Positions 23,008-33,500 of a DNA stretch of 64,000 nucleotides are shown piece after piece. The DNA lies in NCBI GenBank assembly GCA_030583845.1, contig CP129478.1, positions 407,175 through 471,174 of the forward strand, in the 5' to 3' direction. A program made the position numbers and the translations under genes. This DNA comes from Candidatus Dojkabacteria bacterium (lineage in GTDB: Bacteria; Patescibacteriota; Dojkabacteria; SC72; JAHDCA01). The notes below the pieces were generated by a model that saw only the letters and a program-made list of their open reading frames with translations, was not told where the DNA came from and did not search any database. Position 1 is the stretch's first letter, and each line of letters starts with the position of its first letter.

Positions 23008-24051
23008 ATGAAATTAAGAAAAAAGACCAAAATTAGAGAGCCGAAAAAACCGGCAGCGCCAATAAGCACTGCCAATATGCTCACCGCAGGCCAGGTGCTT
23101 AAATCGCGCCGTAAAGAGCTTCGATTAAGCATTGACCGCGTCTCCGCCGAGACCAAGATTCAGAAGCGATATATTGAGATCATCGAGGCCGATGATTATG
23201 ACCAGCTCGAGAGCACTGTATTCATCTCTGGATTCATTAAAATCTATGCCGAATACCTCTCTCTTAATGTAGATAAAGTGCTCGCCCTCTACAGACGAAA
23301 CAGCAGCACCAAGGCTGACCAGGCAAAGAAAGCAGCAAAAGAGGTCGAGACGCAAAGCCTGAAGGATTATCTCACCCCGCAGACATTAGTGCTGCTTCTG
23401 GTTGCCGCGACAATCGTTGGCTTGTTCAGCTATATCGGGGTGCAATTTTATAGATTCCAAAAAGAGCCATACCTGATAATCGCCTCCCCTACCGAGCTTA
23501 CATTTGAGACCACAGATGAGATCCTACTTATCAAAGGTCAAACAGAGAGTGGAACTATACTTACCGTAAATGAAGATACTGTACCTTTGGATGATCAGGA
23601 CAAATTCGAGTATGAGTACGATCTGCAAGAAGGCAACAACACCATCATCGTAAAAGCAGTTAGGAATAACAATAAGCGAAGCGAGACCCTCAAGGTGCTT
23701 GAGGTAAAATATATCACAGAGGAAGAGGCAGCACAGCAGGCAGAAGAAAACCCTCCACCCGAAGAGGCGCCACCACCAGCTACCGAGTACAAGCTGAAGG
23801 TCGAAGTGGTCGACGACGAGGCTTGGATCAAAATCGTGGTTGATGATACTCAGCAGTATGCCCAGATCCTGCCTCCTGGCTTTAGCGAAGAGTTCACTGT
23901 AAAATCCAGCTTCGAGGTGATCTCCGGCCGCCCGACCATTACCAATGTATATGTAAATGGTGAAGCGCGAGAGATGGTACTCGACTCTGAGTCGGGGACT
24001 GCCAAATTGAACTGCTCAATTAGTGGAGATACTTTATCTTGCCAAGACTAG
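23008..24051 (+). CDS. RodZ-like membrane protein (N-terminal XRE-type HTH, one TM, C-terminal domain)
   Basis: 347 aa. LTAGQVLKSRRKELRLSIDRVSAETKIQKRYIEIIE (HTH), then a TM helix LVLLLVAATIVGLFSYIGV, and a C-terminal beta-rich domain as in RodZ/DUF4115. Confidence 0.5.
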   Translation: MKLRKKTKIREPKKPAAPISTANMLTAGQVLKSRRKELRLSIDRVSAETKIQKRYIEIIEADDYDQLESTVFISGFIKIYAEYLSLNVDKVLALYRRNSSTKADQAKKAAKEVETQSLKDYLTPQTLVLLLVAATIVGLFSYIGVQFYRFQKEPYLIIASPTELTFETTDEILLIKGQTESGTILTVNEDTVPLDDQDKFEYEYDLQEGNNTIIVKAVRNNNKRSETLKVLEVKYITEEEAAQQAEENPPPEEAPPPATEYKLKVEVVDDEAWIKIVVDDTQQYAQILPPGFSEEFTVKSSFEVISGRPTITNVYVNGEAREMVLDSESGTAKLNCSISGDTLSCQD

Positions 24052-24072
24052 ATTAAGCGTAGATAAGAGTAG

Positions 24073-25839
24073 ATGGATAATCGAGATACAATAGAGCTGG
24101 TAAAAAGCAAAGCAGATATTGTCGCTGTCGTAGAGCGATACGTGAAATTAAGACAGATGGGGAAAAATTATGGAGCCCCCTGCCCTTTCCACCAAGAGAA
24201 AACCCCGTCTTTCATGGTCAGCCCCGATCTTCAGCATTACAAGTGCTTCGGCTGTGGCGAGTCTGGTGACGTCATCAGCTTTGTCCAGAAAATTGAGAAT
24301 ATAGAATTCTTCGAGGCGCTCCAGAAGTTGGCCAAGGAGGTCGGCGTAGAGATCACCACCCACCAGAAAAACAGCAAGTATGCCAAGCTCGAGGAGCTCA
24401 ACGAGATCGCTACACAGTTTTACCAACAGCAGCTTGAGTCAGTTAATGGCAAGAAGGCCAAAGAGTACTTCGTAAAGCGCGGGCTTGATCATAGCGAGGC
24501 AAAGAAATTTCAGGTTGGATATGCTTATGGGCGCGATACTTTGCTGGGGAAATTACGCGCGTCCAAATATAGCAATGCCGATCTGGCCGCATCGGGTCTG
24601 TTTACTGATAAAAGTGGGCGATTAAAAGACAGGTTTATCAATCGCCTAATGTTTCCAATCAAATCCTCTACCGGCAAGGTGATTGCATTCTCTGGGAGAC
24701 AGCTCCCGGGCGATGATTTCGGGCCAAAGTATCTCAACTCTCCAGAGACAGCGATATTCCATAAGCGGGAGACTGTTTTCGGGATATTTGAGAGCAAGAA
24801 CTATATGCGAAAAGAAGATCTATGCGTCATGGTTGAAGGGCAGATGGATGTGATCTCTGCTCATAAAATCGGGCTAAATTACTGCGTTGCCCCACTTGGG
24901 ACGGGGCTCACACTCCAGCAGCTCGAGCTGATATCGCGCTACACTAAAAATATTTTGTTCTTTTTTGATAATGATACCGCTGGGCACAAAGCTGTTGAGC
25001 GTGGATTTGAGCTTGCCTCCCCTCTTGGCCTCAACCTGTTTGCGATGATTGCACCGAAGCCATACAAGGATATCGACGAGTTTATTCAATCCGAGCCAGA
25101 GAAGGTTGTAAAGCTGGTCAAACCGAAGGTTGATGCATTCACATTCCTCATCTCGCAGCAGCTGAGCCGACTTGATACCACTGGACTGAAGGGACGCGAG
25201 GAGTTTATAAGCTACTGCGAAGGGCTGCTAACTTTTGTTACCGATAAGCGGAAAGGTGAATATTACAGGCAGAAAGTAAAGAAACTATCAGGAATCTCGG
25301 TCGATGGTAGTGCAGAGAATGTGAAGCCTGCAGATGATGCTCCACAGGCCGCCACAGGCAAAGTTGAGCAATCGGTACTCTCGCGCGAGGAGTATCTGGT
25401 CAGCCAAGCATTGGTGCAAAAGTTTGACGAATCATTCCGAAAGATGGACAAGAAATATTTCACCAAGCCGGCGCTTAAAGAGTTGATTGAACTGATACAA
25501 GGCTCATTGGAAGCCGATGCGGACCTGGATGTGAAAGCAATATATGAGTCTGATGAGACGCCAGCAGAGGTAGTCGCCGAGCTAGAGAGAATCTACTTCT
25601 CACCTGAGCTGGCGAGTGCGAGACTTGTCGACAAACAGGAGCTAAACAATATCTATCGCCTAGTCAGGATCGGATACTACGAGCGAGTGCGAAACCATTA
25701 CCGCAAGCAGCAGGCAATCGCAGAGGAGGCTGGTGACACCAATACAGCAGATCGATTTACTGATAAAATAATCCAGGTAACAAGTAATATTAGGGAGCTT
25801 GAGGAGTGGCAGAAGAATTCAACACCGAAGAAGAAGTAA
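24073..25839 (+). CDS. dnaG: DNA primase DnaG
   Basis: 588 aa. CHC2 zinc finger CPFHQEKTPSF...YKCFGCGESGD, TOPRIM domain VMVEGQMDVISAHKIG. Confidence 0.9.
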   Translation: MDNRDTIELVKSKADIVAVVERYVKLRQMGKNYGAPCPFHQEKTPSFMVSPDLQHYKCFGCGESGDVISFVQKIENIEFFEALQKLAKEVGVEITTHQKNSKYAKLEELNEIATQFYQQQLESVNGKKAKEYFVKRGLDHSEAKKFQVGYAYGRDTLLGKLRASKYSNADLAASGLFTDKSGRLKDRFINRLMFPIKSSTGKVIAFSGRQLPGDDFGPKYLNSPETAIFHKRETVFGIFESKNYMRKEDLCVMVEGQMDVISAHKIGLNYCVAPLGTGLTLQQLELISRYTKNILFFFDNDTAGHKAVERGFELASPLGLNLFAMIAPKPYKDIDEFIQSEPEKVVKLVKPKVDAFTFLISQQLSRLDTTGLKGREEFISYCEGLLTFVTDKRKGEYYRQKVKKLSGISVDGSAENVKPADDAPQAATGKVEQSVLSREEYLVSQALVQKFDESFRKMDKKYFTKPALKELIELIQGSLEADADLDVKAIYESDETPAEVVAELERIYFSPELASARLVDKQELNNIYRLVRIGYYERVRNHYRKQQAIAEEAGDTNTADRFTDKIIQVTSNIRELEEWQKNSTPKKK

Positions 25840-26828
25840 ACGGTCGACAGGGCGACGCTGTTATAGATGATGTTTCCGACTCTACAGACAGCAAGGCAGA
25901 TGTAGCAGAGTACGACAAGTACAATTACGACTATAAAGAGTATTGGCAAGGTCGCGAGTATGAGAATCTCGCAGAAGACTCAGCTCTATCGCGGCTTCTC
26001 AAGAAAGTCCGCGGCAAACGAATCGTAGACATCGGTGGCTCATATGGGCGACTGCTTCCGATCTACTATGACAAATTCGAGCAGCCAGTAATTCTCGACT
26101 ATTCATTAAATACTCTACTTAAATATGAGAAAGGTATCCTTGAAAAATACCCCAACACAAAGCTGGTCGCGGCAAACGTTTACCATCTGCCATTTCGGGA
26201 AAATTCTTTTGATGGCGCCCTGATGGTCAGAGTTCTGCACCACGTCAATGACCCAGAGATCTATTACGAGGAGCTCGCGGAAATAATGGCCGACAAGGGG
26301 ATTTATGTACAGGAATTCGCAAACAAGATTCACCTCAAGGCACGACTAAAGTGGATGTTGAAAGGGCAATTTAAAATGCTTGGCGAAGAGCCGTATGAGC
26401 AGCCCACACAGGAGAGCTTCGAAGGAAGCGATAAGGCAAAGAAAGATGGAGGCATTTTCATGAACTTTCATCCAAATCATATTAAGGAGATGCTGAGAGA
26501 TGTCGACTTCAAGATTGTCGGCAAAAGTAGCAGCTCATTTTTGCGTGTACCCAAGCTAAAGAAGATGTTACCTCTGAGCATGATGATGGGTCTAGAGAAG
26601 GCAGCACAGCTCATTATCGGAGGCACCAATATTGCTCCAAGTGTTTTCTACAAAGCACGAATGGAGAAAGAGGCAGAAAAGAACAATCTAGAGAAAAGTT
26701 TTAATGAAATCCTCGTATGTCCAGAATGCAAAGGAGAGTTGCAGTTTGAGCTTGACCAGGCTCGCTGCTCCAAATGCGGTATGGAGTACAAGAAGCATTC
26801 GACTGTTTGGGATTTTAGAGTAAGCTAA
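25806..26828 (+). CDS. class I SAM-dependent methyltransferase with C-terminal Trm112-like zinc ribbon
   Basis: 340 aa. IVDIGGSYGRL (motif I). C-terminal ILVCPECKGELQFELDQARCSKCGMEY. The first ATG overlaps the dnaG end by 34 nt, so the true start is uncertain. Confidence 0.55.
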   Translation: MAEEFNTEEEVNGRQGDAVIDDVSDSTDSKADVAEYDKYNYDYKEYWQGREYENLAEDSALSRLLKKVRGKRIVDIGGSYGRLLPIYYDKFEQPVILDYSLNTLLKYEKGILEKYPNTKLVAANVYHLPFRENSFDGALMVRVLHHVNDPEIYYEELAEIMADKGIYVQEFANKIHLKARLKWMLKGQFKMLGEEPYEQPTQESFEGSDKAKKDGGIFMNFHPNHIKEMLRDVDFKIVGKSSSSFLRVPKLKKMLPLSMMMGLEKAAQLIIGGTNIAPSVFYKARMEKEAEKNNLEKSFNEILVCPECKGELQFELDQARCSKCGMEYKKHSTVWDFRVS

Positions 26829-26835
26829 AGCCAAA

Positions 26836-27594
26836 ATGCAAAGCATTACACCCAATAAATCGCTCGGACAGAACTTTTTCACAAACGCATCGCTTGCCAG
26901 AAAGATTGTAGATATTGTAGTCGAGAGTGACCCAAGCCATATCATTGAGATCGGGCCCGGGCCAGGCACATTTACCAATCTGCTCGCCGAACGAGCCCAG
27001 GTGATTGCGATAGAGAAGGATCATCAATTTGAGATGGTGCTGAGTCAGATTGATAACTTAGAGGTGCTGTATCAAGATATCCTAGAGACTGATTTTCATG
27101 AAATTTTAATGAAATGGGAACTCGAGGCTGAGAAAGTTGTGATTTTTGGATCCCTACCCTACAACATCTCTAAACGGATTATCGCCAACAATTTAAGGTC
27201 TAGTCTAATACAAAACCAGTACTACATTATTCAGAAAGAGGTCGCTGAGAAATATATTGCGAATGCCCCACAAAATAATATCCTCTCTTTAACCTCAGAG
27301 GTGTACTCACAATGCAACAAACTCTTTGATATTAGCCCAGGCTCCTTCAACCCACCGCCAAAAGTCACCAGCAGCTTCATTAAATTTACATTAAACGCAA
27401 CAGGTGAAATTCATGAAAATGCCGAGGAGCTTTGCAAATTCATTAGCAGCTCATTCTCCCACCCGCGCAAAACATTAAACAACAACCTTAAAAACTATTC
27501 AGAAGAGATTCATGACAAAGAGCTACTACAGATGCGACCCTCTCAACTTACCCTCGACCAGTATGTAGAATTATTCAATCAGTTGAAAAGATAA
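26836..27594 (+). CDS. rsmA: 16S rRNA (adenine1518/1519-N6)-dimethyltransferase RsmA/KsgA
   Basis: 252 aa. SLGQNFFTNASLARKIVDIV...IIEIGPGPGTFT is the KsgA signature. Confidence 0.85.
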   Translation: MQSITPNKSLGQNFFTNASLARKIVDIVVESDPSHIIEIGPGPGTFTNLLAERAQVIAIEKDHQFEMVLSQIDNLEVLYQDILETDFHEILMKWELEAEKVVIFGSLPYNISKRIIANNLRSSLIQNQYYIIQKEVAEKYIANAPQNNILSLTSEVYSQCNKLFDISPGSFNPPPKVTSSFIKFTLNATGEIHENAEELCKFISSSFSHPRKTLNNNLKNYSEEIHDKELLQMRPSQLTLDQYVELFNQLKR

Positions 27595-27656
27595 TCCAGA
27601 CCGACTAAACTACCAGACAAGCAAACCTTTAAGAGATATTTGATATAATCGCCCAA

Positions 27657-28115
27657 ATGTTTAGGAAAGAAGAAGAACAACCGCAATACGACCTCGGACT
27701 TAAACAGCCCAAGACAAACGCACTCAGACAGTACCGCCAGAAGATTATGTTAAAGCTCAGATTCCTCGAGACCAAAGGATATCTGCGCAGTCCTTATCCA
27801 TGGTTCTTTATATTTCTCTCGATTGCTTTAATAGCTGTGCAGGTCTACTGGATATACTATGCCCTTCCGGAAATGCCTTCGCAGGTGCCAATCTACCTAA
27901 ATCAGCGAGATCTCGCAGAAAGACTTGCCCCAAAGATGCATATCTACATATTCCCAATCTTTTCTGGAATTATCTTTGTAGCTTCATTTATAGTAACCTC
28001 CAAGTTCTATTATCTTATCAAGATTTTATCTAACTACACTTTTGTCATAGCAATCCTCTCAATCACAATGCTAACGCTCGGCCTATTCCAGATAATCGCA
28101 TACTACAATGTATAA
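27657..28115 (+). CDS. hypothetical small membrane protein (3-4 TM)
   Basis: 152 aa, hydrophobic. 8-nt overlap with the downstream GT4 gene suggests co-transcription. Confidence 0.45.
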   Translation: MFRKEEEQPQYDLGLKQPKTNALRQYRQKIMLKLRFLETKGYLRSPYPWFFIFLSIALIAVQVYWIYYALPEMPSQVPIYLNQRDLAERLAPKMHIYIFPIFSGIIFVASFIVTSKFYYLIKILSNYTFVIAILSITMLTLGLFQIIAYYNV

Positions 28116-29391
28116 CGATCAGATAACCGAAATAGCCCAATCACTCATTCTTCAGTTCCAGCACCCACAGATTCCAGTCGAATATGCCCGTTATCTCCAG
28201 TACGCACTTTTCTTCATAATCCCTTGCCTACTTGCTCTCGTCCTCACCCCTATCATCGGCAAGATTGCCAACGACCTAGATATTCGCAACGATACAAAAA
28301 CATTCACGAAAAATAAGCTCAATCGATATGAAAATAACTCCAGAAGGGTTAAGAAGACTCGGATCCCACTGCTAGGAGGGCTTGCGGTTATTCTCCCGCT
28401 CCTGGTTCTAATTCCTCTATTCTTCGGATTTAATGAAATTACTATACCTATACTTATAGCAATATCTATTCTTACAATTGCTGGGATTATCGACGATATC
28501 TACAATCTTCCAGGCAGCATTCAGCTGCTCGCACAGCTAGCAGCCGCCTTCATATTTGCAGCCTCTGTAGTCAATCTTGAAGTAATCAAGATACCTTTTG
28601 ATGGGTTTATCGACCTCTCCATGTACACTTGGAACGGCAATATCATGGGCTTGCCATGGGAATTCGTGTTCCCGGGAGATCTGATCGCAATGTTTTGGGT
28701 AGTTGTAGCTATCAATGCTATTAAATGGGTATCGGGATTAGACGCGCTCATGGAGTCAAATCTGATAGTAGGCTTCTTTATGATATTTATCATTGCTGCG
28801 CGTGGTGAGGCTGCACTAGTGCTCCTGCTCAGCGCCATGCTCACAGGTGGGCTTGCCGGATTTACCTTCTACAACTTCCCACCCGCCAAGATTATGTCGG
28901 CCGCCACTGGCAAGACTGTATACGGCTTCTTGGTCGCTGCCCTAGCACTGCTTAACGACACTAAGCTCGCAATTACGATTTTGATAATGCTGCTGCCACT
29001 GGTCGACTTCCTATTTGTCGTAACCAAGAGGTTTATCGTCAACCGTCCTAAATCTTTCAAGGAGACCATTCTTACACCTTTCAGACTGCTTAGAATCTCT
29101 GATACAAACCATATCCACCACCAGCTTCTTAAGCTTGGCTTCTCGACAAAGCAGATCTTGCTGCTCGAAACCAGCATCACCTTGCTGGCTGGCTCTATCG
29201 CGGTGCTCACGACAGAGGCGTATAGGCTGTTCTTTATCCTCGTGGGTGGTACTTTAATGCTGCTTTTCCTTACCATTCTTCATGTGAAGACTTCGAAGAT
29301 CCAGAAGCCGGTCGAGGAGAAAGAGGACAAGCCGGAAAAGAGACCACCTGAGCCTCCAAAGGGATCCCCGGAGTCGCGGTATTCTTATTGA
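28108..29391 (+). CDS. glycosyltransferase family 4 polyprenyl-phosphate phospho-sugar transferase (MraY/WecA-like)
   Basis: 427 aa, about 10 TM. IAGIIDDIYNLPGSIQLLAQ resembles the MraY/WecA cytoplasmic loop motif. Confidence 0.6.
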   Translation: MYNDQITEIAQSLILQFQHPQIPVEYARYLQYALFFIIPCLLALVLTPIIGKIANDLDIRNDTKTFTKNKLNRYENNSRRVKKTRIPLLGGLAVILPLLVLIPLFFGFNEITIPILIAISILTIAGIIDDIYNLPGSIQLLAQLAAAFIFAASVVNLEVIKIPFDGFIDLSMYTWNGNIMGLPWEFVFPGDLIAMFWVVVAINAIKWVSGLDALMESNLIVGFFMIFIIAARGEAALVLLLSAMLTGGLAGFTFYNFPPAKIMSAATGKTVYGFLVAALALLNDTKLAITILIMLLPLVDFLFVVTKRFIVNRPKSFKETILTPFRLLRISDTNHIHHQLLKLGFSTKQILLLETSITLLAGSIAVLTTEAYRLFFILVGGTLMLLFLTILHVKTSKIQKPVEEKEDKPEKRPPEPPKGSPESRYSY

Positions 29392-29461
29392 TTTGTCATG
29401 TGTGCTCTCTCACTGTGAGCTTGGGTCGAGCTATACAAATGCCAAGCTCAACGTTCGTTCG
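29389..29461 (+). repeat. compound hairpin starting at the GT4 stop codon: 17-bp outer stem (TGATTTGTCATGTGTGC/GCACACATGACAAATCA) enclosing a 9-bp inner stem TGAGCTTGG...CCAAGCTCA
   Basis: Perfect inverted repeats read directly. The inner 35-mer GTGAGCTTGGGTCGA..TA.AAATGCCAAGCTCAA is shared with 35229-35264. Confidence 0.6.
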
Positions 29462-29548
29462 CACACATGACAAATCAGCCGCAAGCCTGAGGAAGAAGTT
29501 TGCCATTTATTAATCAGCTATGCAGTATTATCCGCACGGATTGATACA

Positions 29549-29869
29549 TATTCTCAGGTAGGCTTCTTTATAAGACTACGAGACTTGGACTCATTTATAA
29601 GTAATTTCTTTGAGCTGGCTGGCTCTCGAAAAGAGCATTGGGTTCATCAATAATGTCAGAGGCTCGACATGAACCCACCGCGAGTTGAGAGTGAACAATA
29701 CTTAAGATAAATATATACTCAGGTAGGCTTCTTTATAAGACTACGAGATTTGGACTCATTTATAAGTAATTTCTTTGAGCTGGCTGGCTCTCGAAAAGAG
29801 CATTGGGTTCATCAATAATGTCAGAGGCTCGACATGAACCCACCGCGAGTTGAGAGAGCCAGCCAGCTC
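29549..29869. repeat. tandem direct duplication (2 x 143 bp, period 165 bp, 1 mismatch) ending in a 17-bp perfect inverted repeat that encloses the ATG at 29834
   Basis: Copy 1 is 29549-29691 and copy 2 is 29714-29856. The inverted repeat TGAGCTGGCTGGCTCTC (29776-29792) / GAGAGCCAGCCAGCTCA (29854-29870) holds a nested stem TGGGTTCAT/ATGAACCCA. Confidence 0.8.
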
Positions 29870-29884
29870 ATATATAATGAACCG

Positions 29885-30595
29885 ATGAAAAAATATCTGC
29901 CACTACTAATAATTGTAATAGTCGTGACGCTGTTCCTATCCGTGGTCCTCTTCACAAGGTCGCAGGAGTCACTATTAAAGAACCTCCCTTATTTCAAAGA
30001 GTCTTATAAAAACACATCTTTATCGATCACATCGCGAAATGGCGTTGCCGATATTATGATAAACGACAAAGAGTATGGTGAGACCCCGCTGGCGATTGAA
30101 GAGCTAACAGAGGGCAGGTATGAGGTAATCCTAGAAAAGAAAAGCTCAGAAGATGACAGCTCATTTTATGAGCCGATTGCACTATTCTTGGATTTATACA
30201 GGAATACTGAGGCTATCATCGATCTAGAGATTGCACCGGGTGGTTACAAGGCAGGATATGTACTTTACTACACTCCCGCACCACAAGCTGAGGCACAGAC
30301 AGGATTTATTACTGTGGAATCAAACAGCTCTAAGAGCAGAATGCTGCTAGATGGAGATTATTATAGCGACCTCCCGATCTCAGTTGATGAGCTCGAGGAG
30401 GGTGAGTATAAAATGAAAATTGAATCAACAGGGTATGAATCTGTTGAAGTTCCTATTATTATCAGACAGGGATACAATCTGAATGTAAGTACATTTCTAC
30501 TACCTATCCCAACTAATTTAGAGAAGCCTGCCCAGCCAGAAAGCGAGAATAGCGACTCGGATGCTGAAGCGCAGGATGAAGGAGGTGCCGAGTAA
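29885..30595 (+). CDS. PEGA-domain protein with N-terminal TM anchor (track ORF from 29834; likely start MKKYLPLLIIV at 29885)
   Basis: Two PEGA-like repeats (SITSRNGVADIMINDKEYGETPLAIEELTEGRYEVILEKK; ITVESNSSKSRMLLDGDYYSDLPISVDELEEGEYKMKIESTGY). Its stop overlaps the next gene's start (TAAATG). Confidence 0.5.
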   Translation: MKKYLPLLIIVIVVTLFLSVVLFTRSQESLLKNLPYFKESYKNTSLSITSRNGVADIMINDKEYGETPLAIEELTEGRYEVILEKKSSEDDSSFYEPIALFLDLYRNTEAIIDLEIAPGGYKAGYVLYYTPAPQAEAQTGFITVESNSSKSRMLLDGDYYSDLPISVDELEEGEYKMKIESTGYESVEVPIIIRQGYNLNVSTFLLPIPTNLEKPAQPESENSDSDAEAQDEGGAE

Positions 30596-33500
30596 ATGGC
30601 AAAAGATGAATTTAAACATGTAAAAACTTCTACGCTAATCTCTGTGGTTATTCACGGGGCAAATGACTTCGGATACAAGCTTTCTCGAACATTGGCCGAG
30701 CAAGGCAGCAGGGTTATTGTCGTTGATAATTTCAATAAAGATAGCAAAAACTGGGTCACCAAGCTGAAGCGACTCGAGAGGTGCGATTTCGTAGACTTCC
30801 AGGGTATTGAAGAGCTTTTCACAACACTTGGGCGATTCGATTATCTCTTCTACCTGCAGAATCAGTATCTAAATAACACAACCGAATTCAATAGCACACA
30901 GTTCCTTGCCGAATCAAACAACCTAAACATAGTACTCAAGAATGCCCAAAAATATAAGGCAAAGGTGAGTCTTGTCACAACTGTGCACTTTAACAAGATT
31001 GCAATTGAAAATAGCTTCCGTAACAAAGATTACCATCCATCCCCCTACTCCGCCGAGGAGATTCAGAAATATTCCGAGACGGTCACCGCTGAATTTCACG
31101 ATAAATCAAAGTTGAATGTAAGAATCTTGCGGCTCGGTGCTCTCTTGGGTGACAAATATCATACAACCGAGGATAAAGAGCTAAGCACATTAATCCATGA
31201 AGGTGTAACTAAATCTGAGATCGTAATCCAGGGCGAAGGACTGACAAACCATTACCTTGTACACCCAGAGGATGCCGTTTACGGCATTTTGAAGCTTACC
31301 TTCACCGGAGAGACCAATGGTGAGGTTATCACATTGGCACAGGAGAGACCACTTACCACTCTTTCGATTGCATATAAGCTGCTTGAATTAAATGTCTCTG
31401 CGACGAAGATCAAATTTGCCAAGTCAAAAGATAACGATTTTCTATTCCAGGAGATATACACACCTGCACCATTCGCTACTGAGTATGGATGGTCTGCTCA
31501 AAGAACAATTGATGAATCATTTACAGAGGCAATTAAAGCCCTCTACAAAGCCGAGAATAAGAAATGGGATATTGAGAAAGATAGAGAGATCGAGATCGAA
31601 AGCGCCGCCGAGGCCGACAAGATAAAAACTAAGCATACTGCTAAGGTTGAGAAGACATCATTGGGTCGATTTTTCGACAAGATACTCTCTCCATTTCGAG
31701 CCCTATTTGCCAAGATTGGTGGCAATGAGCTGGATGTTTTCAACTTCCGCAATATAGCTTTCTTCACAGTCGGAGTGATTCTACTAGGCTTGGTGTCATA
31801 CTTCTTTATAACTCCAGTCGCTGTGTTAGGCATCGACGGCTACCGTATCGCCAGAAATACTAAGCAGACCTATGCACAGATTCAGGAATTAGACTTCGAA
31901 GGCGCAGAGGAGACTGTTAACTCTATGAGCAACGACTTTGAGCGCGTGGAAACAAGCACTAAGAGGCTTGAATGGGTATTTATAGTAACGCGACAGGAAG
32001 AGCTGTATAAAAATGTAAATCAACTACTATTTGCGACAGGCTATGCACTGCAGGGAGCTGAAGATATGGTCTCGGCATTGGAGCCGTTTGCCATGTATAT
32101 GAAAGAGTTTGAGCCAGCGGTTTCGTTTGGCGGAGAGAATAGAACCAACCCGGTCGAATATACCCAGTATCTAGAGCAGATGAAAGAGAACAGGTCTAAG
32201 CTCGAGACAGCCTCATACAACCTCACTCTGGCATCTAGTATCGTAGATTCTCTTGAGATACAGGAATTTCCAAAGGCAATCCAGCCAAGAGTCGCCGAAT
32301 TGAAATCAATGAACCGCGAGGCAAGCGAACTAATTACCCCATTCCAGAAGACATTGATCTTCTTGCCAGAGCTGCTTGGCAGTGAAGGAAGACAGCGATA
32401 CCTAATACTGCTACAAAATCCTTCAGAGCTCCGCTCAACTGGTGGATGGCTTTCAAGCTATGCAATCCTCGGGATCGAGAACGGTCAGGTAAGGCAGCTA
32501 GATGTCGATGACATCTACAATCTGGATGGTCAGCTATCGCTCGCAGATAAGAGCTACAGCGCCCCAGAAGATATGCAAGAGGCTCTCGACATCGATGAAT
32601 GGAGCATGTCCACCTCAAACTGGAGTCCTCACTTCCCCACTACAGCTGAAAATGCCAAGTTTTTCATCCAGGAATCTGGCAAAGCATATGAAGTTGATGG
32701 TGTAATCGCACTAGACGTTACATTTATACAGATGCTTCTGGAGAAATGGGGAGGAATTGAGGTACAGGGAGAAGATGAAGAGGTCACAGCTGACAACCTC
32801 TATTCGAAGATTTTTGCAATCCACGATGAGTTCACGCCGGGATCAAGGCAGAAGGCAACATTTATCGCTAACTTGGCAGATGCAGTGCTGAAGAAAGTGA
32901 TCTCATCGGGCTCAGATGGATACCGAGATATGTCAGAAGTATTCCTGCAGGCATTAGATCAGAAAAATATCTTGATCACCTTGAATAACCGCGAGGCCAA
33001 CCAATATTTCTCTGACCAGGGCTGGAGCGGCACAATTACCGAGGGGTATGTGGGCACACCGATCCCTGTCGAGTGGAACTGGGGAGCCAACAAGGCCAAC
33101 CTCTATCTGGAGAAAACCCACTCGCTAAATATGGATATTAAAAATGAAGACACTGTTAACTATACATATGTACTGGCGGTGAAGAACGAGTCAGAAGAGG
33201 ATAAGTATCCAGAGGGTGAGTATCGAAATTGGTTTAGGGTGTATCTACCTGAGAATGCCGACGTTAAGAGCGTGATTGGCTTTGACGACGACGATTACAC
33301 CGTATACCTAGAGGATAGATTTACGGTGGTCGCGGGCTGGTTTACTACCGAAATTCAATCAACAAACCAGGTGGAAGTTAACTACACACTAACCCGCGAT
33401 GAAAGCTCAACCGACCCATTCCCGATAAATATAGCAAACAACAGTATCAGTACCGAGATCAAGCTGTATAAACAGCCTGGGATATTCGATGATGTATACC

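Noticed and set aside
29549-29869. Considered whether the tandem repeats could be a CRISPR array
   Set aside because: Only two copies of a 143-bp unit with a 22-bp spacer. No short repeat-spacer periodicity and no cas genes.
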